Assembly: GCA_038213805.1 (NCBI GenBank)
Contig: JBBQSO010000007.1
Span: 1 to 64,000 of the forward strand
Length of the DNA: 64,000 nt
Direction of reading: 5' to 3'
DNA from: Planctomycetota bacterium
GTDB taxonomy: Bacteria; Planctomycetota; UBA11346
This document shows, piece after piece, positions 27,201 through 34,571 of the stretch; the stretch's first letter is position 1, and every line of letters begins with the position of its first letter. The notes below the pieces were generated by a model. The model was given only the letters and a program-made list of their open reading frames with translations, had not been told where the DNA came from and ran no database searches. A program made the position numbers and the translations under genes.

Positions 27201-28350
27201 GCTGTCGCCATACCACCAGGCCGGCAGGCGCGCCGGGCACCGTCGCCAGCGCCGACAGGTACGCAGTCGCCTCGCCGCTGGTGTGGTCGGCGGGGAAGGC
27301 CAGCTTCAGCTCCTGCTCGGCGACCAGGGGCGAGACCGGCTCCATCCAGGCGGTGGCGCCGCCGGTGACGCCGATGTCGCCCACACTGTTGAAGCGAAAC
27401 AGTGCGCGCTGCCACTGCGCAACTGCATCGGCCAAGCCGGCGGCGTCGCCGGCACGCCAGCGCGCGCGCAGACCGTCGAGCAGTTCCGAGGGCGGGCCGC
27501 CGGCGAGGGACGCGATCAAATTGGCAAGGTAGCGCGGATTGAGGCCATGCGCGCGCGCCACCGCGGCCGCGTCACCGCCGGCGCGCAGTTCGTTGGCCGC
27601 AGCCAGGTAGCGCTCCAGCGGCAGGCGGCCGCCCTGGTTCTTGTCCATGGGGATGCCCTGCCGGGTCACCATGTCGCTGCTGCCGGTCGCGCTGAAGCCT
27701 GCGTAGAAGGCGCGCAGCTGCGCGACCAGTTCATCGGTGGCATCACGACGCGTGGTCGCCGCCGAGAAGCCGATGCCGTCCGGCAGCAGCAGCGCGTGGG
27801 CGGCGACGGCCTTGGCCGCATCCAGGTACTTGCCGAGCAGCGCCGGCGACATCGCCAGGGCCATGCCGGTGTTGCTGAAGCCTTCGCCGGCGGCGCCGTC
27901 GGCCGGGAACTCGCGCGCCACGTCCAGGCTCTCGACGCCGGTCAGGTCGCGCAGCGTGTAGGTGTACTCGGCATTCGACAGGCGGCGCAGCACCACCGGA
28001 CCGGGATCGCCCGCGGTCTGGCGGGCGACCACGTCGAGCGCGCCGCGCACGCCGGCGAGCAGGCGCGAACGCTCCTCGGCGGTCGACTGCGGTTTGCCCG
28101 CGGGCGGCATGTCGCCATCCGCGACCTGCTCGAGCACCTTCTGCCAGATGCGCGCGTGGCGGGCGAGGCGGCCATCGGCGACGACGCTTTCGAGGTCGAG
28201 GTCGCCCTTGTGCTTGGCCTGCGAGTGGCAGGTCAGGCAGCGGTCCTTGAGGATCGGCGTAACGGCGGCGAGCGGTGCGGCGCTCTCCGCGGACGAAACG
28301 GTGGCGGCGCAGGCGAACAGCGCGGCGACGAGCAGGCGGCGGGCGCGCAT
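24265..28350 (-). CDS. DUF1592/DUF1588/DUF1587/DUF1585-type cytochrome c protein
   Basis: CLTCH, LRRLSNAEY, ELATRLSYFLWSGPPD, TSPILRGAWV, CAGCH. Confidence 0.9.
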   Translation of the reverse strand: MRARRLLVAALFACAATVSSAESAAPLAAVTPILKDRCLTCHSQAKHKGDLDLESVVADGRLARHARIWQKVLEQVADGDMPPAGKPQSTAEERSRLLAGVRGALDVVARQTAGDPGPVVLRRLSNAEYTYTLRDLTGVESLDVAREFPADGAAGEGFSNTGMALAMSPALLGKYLDAAKAVAAHALLLPDGIGFSAATTRRDATDELVAQLRAFYAGFSATGSSDMVTRQGIPMDKNQGGRLPLERYLAAANELRAGGDAAAVARAHGLNPRYLANLIASLAGGPPSELLDGLRARWRAGDAAGLADAVAQWQRALFRFNSVGDIGVTGGATAWMEPVSPLVAEQELKLAFPADHTSGEATAYLSALATVPGAPAGLVVWRQPRLVIPGRPPLPLRVARAYVDDLLARRVRTFAGTAAALAAAVDAAGDAHGDVAQLAQRHHIDPGVLAAWLGYLGVGFAGDLALEHFDNRLPRAGAYEFVTGWGSTETPSVMANASDQAVRIPGKMKAHGVVVHPSPTRCVAVGWQSPVTATLRIAGAVMHAHPECGNGVEWVLELRRGSARRRLAAGTAINADSVPFGPLDGVTVQPGDLIALLVGPRNADHSCDLTDVELTLTGDGPNPVTWSLTREVSGDILAGNPHADAAGHPAVWHFYSEPTAVMSEHPGAPADSLLARWQATADPATQARLADDLQRLLLAPAPAGDGADAKLYRQLASFAGPLAAATTPAVPAADSPWGLDPALFGKRPDGAACDADDLCVAIGTILAVRLPAGLVAGCELVATAACAPGPAAAEASAQARLAATAPAAAGLLPDPTLPIIAGAAAQARWTSAYADFRALFPAALCYTKIVPADEVITLTLFYREDGPLVTLMLDDAQRVQLDRLWDRLRFVSQDALTTVDAFEQILQYATQDGDPRKLEPLRQPITARAAALRQRLLDAEPVQLDATLAFAAQAWRRPLTADEQQALRARYGTWRTEGLHHDEALRLVLTRVLAAPAFLYRAERPVPGAAQGPVGDWELATRLSYFLWSGPPDAALRAAAASGALRDPAALAAQARRLLGDARARRLAVEFGCSWLHVRGFDQLDEKSEKAFPAFLALRGSMYEESIRFLADLFQSDRSVLSLLDADHTFVDKALAAHYGIPWSADGPEWRRVEGLRALGRGGILGQAAILAKQSGASRTSPILRGAWVSETLLGERLPRPPKDVPPFPEQADAALSVRALTERHVSDARCAGCHQRFDAFGFALEGFDGIGHAQDRDPGGKPLDITATTADGTRLAGLDGLRAYLAGPRAAAFTGQFCRKLLGFALGRAVRLSDEPLLHEMQSALAANGWRAGTAVELIVRSRQFREIRGRGAVSEDDEP

Positions 28351-28351
28351 G

Positions 28352-29032
28352 TCAGGCGTCCCCTGCGGCGGCGGCGGCGCGCGGGATCCAGTCCTCCCAG
28401 CTCAGCACGTGCGCGCGCAGGTGCTCCTCGCAGACGGCCGGGGAGCGGCTGGTGAACAGGCGGATGATCTCGGTGTGCGCGCGCACGGTCTCGGCGCGCA
28501 CCTGGCGGGTGCGGCGCTCGTGCAAGCGGTGCAGGCGGCCCAGCCACATGCCGAGCTCCCAGCGCAGGGCGCGCCAGGCGCGCAACAGGCGGGCGTTGCC
28601 GCTGGCGGCGAGGATGAGCTCGTGGAATTCCAGATCGAGGCGGGTGATCTCGGCGATCGAGGTGGCGCGCGCAGTCGCGGCGACGTTGGCCATCAGCGCC
28701 GCGGGATCGGCGCGCAGCTGCGGCGCGGCGAGACGCGCCGCCAACGGTTCGAGCGCCACGCGCATGGTGAAGAGCTCTTCGAAGTCCTGGCGGGTCAGGC
28801 CGCGCACGTAGGCGCGGCCGGTGGGAGAGAAGCGCACCAGGCCTTCGCGCTCGAGCACCACCAGCGCCTCGCGCACCGGCACCCGGCTGACCCCCAGGCG
28901 CCGCGCCACCACGGCCTCGGCCAGGCGGTCGCCGGGGGCGAGGACTTCGGCGATGATGTCGGCGCGCAGCTGCGCGGCGGCGGCGTCGGAGCGGGGCAGG
29001 GGTCGCGCAGCGGCGGGGGCGGTGGTGGTCAT
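28352..29032 (-). CDS. GntR/FadR-family regulator (FCD domain)
   Basis: LAPGDRLAE..LGVSRVPVREAL; DLEFHELI; AHTEI. Confidence 0.9.
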   Translation of the reverse strand: MTTTAPAAARPLPRSDAAAAQLRADIIAEVLAPGDRLAEAVVARRLGVSRVPVREALVVLEREGLVRFSPTGRAYVRGLTRQDFEELFTMRVALEPLAARLAAPQLRADPAALMANVAATARATSIAEITRLDLEFHELILAASGNARLLRAWRALRWELGMWLGRLHRLHERRTRQVRAETVRAHTEIIRLFTSRSPAVCEEHLRAHVLSWEDWIPRAAAAAGDA

Positions 29033-29036
29033 GGTG

Positions 29037-29069
29037 TTCGGTATACCGTTCTGGGAACAGTATACCGAA
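29037..29069. promoter_or_regulatory. Palindromic putative GntR operator
   Basis: TTCGGTATAC-c-GTTC-tgg-GAAC-a-GTATACCGAA immediately upstream of the GntR start codon. Confidence 0.65.
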
Positions 29070-29189
29070 TCTTCCAACGGCCGTTGCCGGATACCGGGCG
29101 CGGTGGGTCTGCTACCGGACCAGGTCCATGAGATCGCTCGGCGACGCCACCGCAGTCGCGCCGTAGAGCTTTCCCGGAGCCTGCATCCC

Positions 29190-30428
29190 ATGCCTTTACG
29201 CCTACTCAGCGCCGCCCGGCTCAGCGCCTGCCTGCTCGCGTCCGTCTTGTCCGCCGCCGCCGACGACTACTTCCCCCCGCCCGACAGCGCCGGCGGCTGG
29301 CGCGTGCCCGCGGACGCGGCGGCAACGCGGACGCTCGGCGGCATGGACCCGGAGCGCCTGGCGCAGGCCGGCGAGCAGGCGCAGCGCTGCGGGGCCAACG
29401 TCGGGCTGCTGGTGGTGCGCCACGGCTATCTGGTCTACGAGCGCTATTGGGGCCGCGCGCACCGCGACGCCAACCCCGACATGGCCTCCACCGGCAAGGC
29501 CTTCACCAGCATCGCCTGCGGCATCATGCTCGAGAAGTTCCGCGACCAGTTCCCGACCGGGCTCGGTCAGAAGGTGTTCACCCAGACGTACCTGCCCGAG
29601 GCCTTCCCGCTCGATGATCCGCGCCGCACGCAGATCACCCTCGGTCAGCTGCTGTGCATGAGCGGCGGCTACCACGGCGAGGGTGGCAGCCCGGGGGTGG
29701 TCGACGGCAAGGTCGTGCCGCTGACGCCGGTGCCGGGGCAGGATCTCAAGGACCTCGACGGCAGTTCGCTGCGCACCGCGCTGTGGACCGATCCCGGCGC
29801 GGGCTATTCCTATTCCTCACCGGAGCCGCACATCGCCTCGATGGTGCTGCGCCGCGTCGCCGGCATGGAGCTCAAGGACTGCATCGATCAGTGGCTGGCG
29901 AAACCGCTGGGCTTCGGCGCGTGGAACTACTGCCTATTCCGCGGCTCCATCACCCTGCCGCATGCCAACGGCGCAGGCAGCATCGCGCTGCATGCCACCG
30001 ACGCGCTGCGCTTCGCCTACCTGCTGCTGCACCAGGGGCGCTGGGCCGGTCAGCAGCTGGTGCCGGCCGCCTACGTGGCCCAGTGCGGGCGACCGTCGCC
30101 GTTCAACCCGCACACGCCTTTCAGCCTGATGTTCGAGAACAATTCCGATGGCCACGTCGCGGGCGCACCGCGCGACGCCTTCTGGAAATCGGGCGCTGGC
30201 GGCTTCTGCATCTACGTCGTGCCCTCGCTCGACCTGGTGCTGTACAAGATGGGCGGCAGTGCCGGGCAGTATCAAGCGGAACTCACCGGCCTGCCCCAGC
30301 CCCCCTCGCCCGAGGCGCGCGACGACTGGAAGCCGATCCCGCGCACGCCCTTCCACGACGGCTCGCTGACCGGCGACGACGGCCTGCGCCGCGTGCTGGA
30401 GATGGTCGCGGCGGCGGCGCGGGACTGA
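29190..30428 (+). CDS. Serine hydrolase (beta-lactamase-related family), exported
   Basis: Signal peptide, STGK (SxxK), YSYSS, KSGAGG. Confidence 0.85.
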   Translation: MPLRLLSAARLSACLLASVLSAAADDYFPPPDSAGGWRVPADAAATRTLGGMDPERLAQAGEQAQRCGANVGLLVVRHGYLVYERYWGRAHRDANPDMASTGKAFTSIACGIMLEKFRDQFPTGLGQKVFTQTYLPEAFPLDDPRRTQITLGQLLCMSGGYHGEGGSPGVVDGKVVPLTPVPGQDLKDLDGSSLRTALWTDPGAGYSYSSPEPHIASMVLRRVAGMELKDCIDQWLAKPLGFGAWNYCLFRGSITLPHANGAGSIALHATDALRFAYLLLHQGRWAGQQLVPAAYVAQCGRPSPFNPHTPFSLMFENNSDGHVAGAPRDAFWKSGAGGFCIYVVPSLDLVLYKMGGSAGQYQAELTGLPQPPSPEARDDWKPIPRTPFHDGSLTGDDGLRRVLEMVAAAARD

Positions 30429-30440
30429 GCGTCCGCCCCG

Positions 30441-31715
30441 TCACGGCACCAGGTCGCCGATCAGCATGATCCCGCCCACGTACCAGTTGGTGCCCGCGTA
30501 CTTGGCCGGGTCCTTCTCCATATCCGGGCGGTTTGGGTCGAAGAGGATCTTCGCCTTGTCCGGCACCACCTGGTCGATGTGCACCTCGACGCGGTGCACT
30601 GCATCGGGCAGTTCCGAGGCGATGCGCAACGACGCGAGGCGGTGATAGGTGCAGAAGCCGTCGATGCGCGCCATGGCCGTGGGCGCGCCGCCATCGACGC
30701 TGATCAGCACCTGGCCGCAGTCTGGGCCGAGCAGGTCGTAAATCGACACCGCACTGCCCTTGAAGCGGAATGCCAGGGTGGTGCCGGGTTTGTTGGCGCG
30801 CCACAGGCTGGGCACGCGATCGCCGAAGCTCTTCGCGCGCGCATCCGTGGCGGCGTCGAGCTTTATCCAGCCGTCGCCCGGCTTGGCCTGCTCGAGCGGT
30901 ACAAGCTTGGCCTTTTCATAATTGTCGGCGACGAGCGGGGCGCGCAGCGCATGCGGCTTGTGCTTGCCAGCGAGGAGCTTGGGCAGGTGGCGCGTCAGGA
31001 TCTGCGTGTACAGATCGTGGCCCGCATCGGTGGGGTGGACGTTGTCCTCGACGAACACCAGCTTGTCGCCGAGCGCCACACGCTCCGCGTCGCTGGGCTT
31101 GCTGGTGCGGAAGACCAGCGTCCCGGCGCGTTCGCGCGCGGAGACCTCGACACCGAAGTGCACTGACGGGATGGCATAATGGTCGGCCAGCGACTCCATC
31201 GCGCTGGCAGCGCGCGGAAAATGGCCGTCCTTGAAGTCGCCAAGCATGCCGCCGGTCAGGGTGTAGACGTAACAGATGTCGGTGGCCGGATCTGCCGCCC
31301 AGGTCTGGCGGATGATGCCCTCCATGCAGCGCTGGATCTGCAACGGATCAGTGCCGCCGTCGTTGACCGCGAATTCGACGAACACCAGGTCGGGCTTGTG
31401 CTGCAGCACGTCGTGGCCGCAGCGGTAGACGCCGAGGTCTGAACCCGTGCCGCCGATGGCGGCGTTGATCTCGTGGATATCCGACTTCGGATACTGCTGT
31501 TTGAACCACGCCAGGCTCTTCACCCGCCAGCCGTTGGCCGCGGTGATGCTGCCGCCGAAGTAGGCGATGGCGATCGGCTTGCCGGCGGCGAGTTTGGCTG
31601 CGACGTTGGGCAGCCCGCCGCGCTCCTGGCACTCGACCGCGGGACGCAGGGGAAAGGCCTCAGCGGCGTGGAGGGCGGCAAGGACGGACAGCAGGAGCAG
31701 CAGGATGCGGTGCAT
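30441..31715 (-). CDS. SGNH/GDSL hydrolase, exported
   Basis: FGGSIT, AIGGTGS, EFAVND, DNVHP. Confidence 0.9.
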   Translation of the reverse strand: MHRILLLLLSVLAALHAAEAFPLRPAVECQERGGLPNVAAKLAAGKPIAIAYFGGSITAANGWRVKSLAWFKQQYPKSDIHEINAAIGGTGSDLGVYRCGHDVLQHKPDLVFVEFAVNDGGTDPLQIQRCMEGIIRQTWAADPATDICYVYTLTGGMLGDFKDGHFPRAASAMESLADHYAIPSVHFGVEVSARERAGTLVFRTSKPSDAERVALGDKLVFVEDNVHPTDAGHDLYTQILTRHLPKLLAGKHKPHALRAPLVADNYEKAKLVPLEQAKPGDGWIKLDAATDARAKSFGDRVPSLWRANKPGTTLAFRFKGSAVSIYDLLGPDCGQVLISVDGGAPTAMARIDGFCTYHRLASLRIASELPDAVHRVEVHIDQVVPDKAKILFDPNRPDMEKDPAKYAGTNWYVGGIMLIGDLVP

Positions 31716-31950
31716 GTGACGGACCCTTTGAAGATGATGGCGCCAGGATAGTACCCCGCGCCGTAGGCGACGCTGAGTCGCGGGGCGCGGCTGCCCACCA
31801 TGCATGAGTCGGTCCGACATGCCCGCCACGGACCCGGATACACCGGCGACCGGCAGCACGGCGCGCCAGCACGACCATGCGCGCCAGCGGCATCCGCCCT
31901 GCGTGCCCTGCCCCGCTGCCTTTTTCGGCTGAAGTCCTAGGATCCCGTCC

Positions 31951-33024
31951 ATGCCCCTGACTCCCAGCGGTCGTCGCCCATCCGGCAAGGCTAGCGAAGT
32001 CATGGCCATCCTGGAACAGCGCATCCGGGGCGGCGACTACCTGGTCGCGCCGCTGCCAAGCGGCCGCGAGCTGGCGGCCGAACTGGGCGTCAGCTACGTG
32101 ACCGCGCGCAAGGCCATCGGCGCGCTCCAGGCGCAGGGTCTGCTCTCGCGTGGTGGCAATGGACGCTTGGTGCTGGGTGGGCGGCGCGCCGGCGGTCAGC
32201 TCGCCCAGCTGGCCTTCATCGCCCCCAACTTCCCGTCGCTGGAGGTGATGCGCTGGCGCCTGGCCATCGACCGCCTCGCCGACGAGCACCCGTGCGCGGT
32301 GAAGAACCATTTCTTCCGCCACTGGCACGATCCTGCGCTGATCGACATCATCGAACGCAGCGATGGCGCCTTCCTCTATCCCAGCGCCGAGAAGGTGCCG
32401 GCCGCGTTCGCTGCACGCCTGCGCGCGCGCCGCATCGTGGTCATCGACCAGGACTGGAGCGCGCTTGGCGTGCCCTCGATCTGCTGCTTCCCCGCAACCT
32501 TCGTGCGCGCCCTGCTCGACCACTGCCGCGCGCGCGGGCACCACCGCATCGCAGTCCTCAACACCCAGCCGCACGATCATGCCATCCAGGCGCGCCTCGC
32601 CGCCTACCACGGCTGGGCCGTCGACCACGACATGGTCCCGTACCTGATCGACGCCCCGGTGCTCGTCGGCGAGGATCCCGCGGTGCATGCGCAGGCGGTG
32701 CTGGCCGCGGCGCTGCGCGGCGGCGTGCGCGACTGGAGCGCGTTGTTCTGCACCACCGGCACGGTCGCGCTCGCGGCGATGCGCGCGCTGCACCTCGCGG
32801 GCATCGCGCCCGGTCGCGACGTCGCCGTCTGCACGCTGAACGACGACGGCCTGGGCGAACTCGTCATCCCCTCGCTGACCGCGCAGGCGCCCGTCGACCC
32901 GACGCCCTACCTGCGCCAGACGCTGACGTGGATGCTCGATCCGCAGCGGGCGTGGCAGGGCGCGACGCTGATCCAGCCAGAGGGCTGCGAAGTGGCGGTC
33001 AGGGAATCGACGGGCGCGGGGTGA
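31951..33024 (+). CDS. GntR-HTH plus periplasmic-binding-fold (LacI-type) regulator
   Basis: LPSGRELAAELGVSYVTARKA; GHHRIA; PGRDVAV..PSLT. Confidence 0.85.
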   Translation: MPLTPSGRRPSGKASEVMAILEQRIRGGDYLVAPLPSGRELAAELGVSYVTARKAIGALQAQGLLSRGGNGRLVLGGRRAGGQLAQLAFIAPNFPSLEVMRWRLAIDRLADEHPCAVKNHFFRHWHDPALIDIIERSDGAFLYPSAEKVPAAFAARLRARRIVVIDQDWSALGVPSICCFPATFVRALLDHCRARGHHRIAVLNTQPHDHAIQARLAAYHGWAVDHDMVPYLIDAPVLVGEDPAVHAQAVLAAALRGGVRDWSALFCTTGTVALAAMRALHLAGIAPGRDVAVCTLNDDGLGELVIPSLTAQAPVDPTPYLRQTLTWMLDPQRAWQGATLIQPEGCEVAVRESTGAG

Positions 33025-33142
33025 TGGCGGCGTGCGGGATGCGGGGTGAAGGTGCCATGCGAACCCAGAGCGGGAAAAGCGTGATGGCGGCGTGCGGGCC
33101 GCGGGGTGAAGGTGCCATGCGAACCCAGAGCGGGAAAAGCGT
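33021..33142 (+). repeat. 60-bp tandem duplication
   Basis: 33021-33080 and 33081-33140 differ at 2 positions. Confidence 0.95.
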
Positions 33143-33233
33143 CGAGCCCAGGACTGCAGGCCACCGCATCATCCGCATCTTCTGGTGATTGCGTTGGCGT
33201 CAGCCGGGCGCGGAAATCCACGTAGCGATTTCG

Positions 33234-34134
33234 AGAGTGCCAACGGCGCGCCCTATCGCAGCCCAGGGCAATGCCCTACCCATTACCCACACCTGTTGTC
33301 GACAGCGCATAATAATCGGAAATCTGCCGATTTCTGAGCCTTCCGAGCAAGCGACATCGACTAGCCCAGGGCGTCAACCCTGCTCACTACCCACAAGTCG
33401 CAGCACTCGGGCACTGACCCTCATATCAACCCAGTCCTGTCCGCAGCCCGCGGAGCGGGCGACACATCGTAGCCCAGGGCGTGAGCCCTGGGAACCTCGG
33501 TTAGAGAGGAGGATAGGAGCCCGCGGAGCGGGCGGCACAGGTCCTGCCACTTCGAAATGAGGTGAATGCCGGGTGAGTCGTGATGATCCACGGACATCCC
33601 CAGATCGGGCCCCAATGGTCGTACATTACCGCTGAGCCTGCTGTGTCGCCACTCCGTGGGCTGGCCCGCAGACACGCCGCGCGACCCAGGGCTGGGGGCC
33701 CTGGGCTACGATGTGTCGCCCGCTCCGCGGGCTCTGAGTGGCTGCGATTCGACTGACGTGTGGGTAATGGGTAGGGCTGAAGATTGGCGCCGCGCCATTG
33801 GCGCTCACGACAGGCGCCCTGCATTTTTCAATGAATTGGAGGGGTTGGTCGACTTGTGGGGAATGAGCAGGGCGTTGTCCTGGGATGACCGTCTGGTCGC
33901 GCCGTTGGCGCTCACAGCAGACGTACTTCCGGCAAATGGTCCCGGACGACCCTGACTTGCGGGTAATGAGCAGAGCTCACGCCCTGGACTGCGCTCTTCC
34001 CCCCGCTCCGCGGGCGGAATTGCCGATGACCGACCATCTCAGCGCTTTGTCACAGGTCACCCAGCCCCACATGGAGTTGCGGGTGATGAGCAGGGCGTTG
34101 CCTTGAGCCAGGAGAGGTCGCGCCCTTGGCGCTC
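33234..34134. repeat. REP/BIME-like cluster of GCCCAGGGC..GCCCTGGG palindromic units in nested inverted orientation
   Basis: Exact 35-bp IR at 33446-33480/33698-33732, exact 20-bp IR at 33273-33292/33758-33777, and further degenerate copies. Confidence 0.75.
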
Positions 34135-34571
34135 GAGATCGCAATCGCGATCGTAGAGGCGCTCCTCTACCACAACATGGAAGCAACGAGCAGGGCATCC
34201 GACACCGGATTTCATCCATGCGGCCGAAGAACGCCGCGGATCAGACGCAGCACTGCCCGCGTCGCATGCCGGCATCCCCCGCTCCACGTGCCCCTGTTCA
34301 CCAACTTCGTATCCCTCCTCCTCCATGCCACGCGACACCATCCGTCGTCGTCACACACGGACTGTCGCGTTACTGGCCGCCTTTCGCCACGCAGCGGAAC
34401 GTTTCCTAAAATCAGGGGATCGTCGACCGCGTGTCCGCCAGGGATGGCCGGGACCCGGATATGGCGATCTCCATCCCCGCTCGCGCGCGCACTGCGGTCA
34501 TTCGCGCTGCGCAGTTCCATTCCGCACCATCGCCATCGTCCTCGCCCACGCCTCCCCCTCCTGAGGTGCCC

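Noticed and set aside
24250..28455. 1401-aa plus-strand ORF and other long antisense ORFs (e.g. 6236-7588, 11051-13099, 47010-48575, 61124-62890)
   Set aside because: Shadow frames of high-GC genes that have clear motifs on the opposite strand.
29190..30428. Beta-lactam resistance gene
   Set aside because: The SxxK fold is shared by many esterases and amidases; there are no class-specific beta-lactamase signatures and the gene is not in the cassette array.
34395..34406. LacI-type operator CGGAACGTTTCC upstream of the GH39-like gene
   Set aside because: A single short imperfect dyad that could occur by chance.
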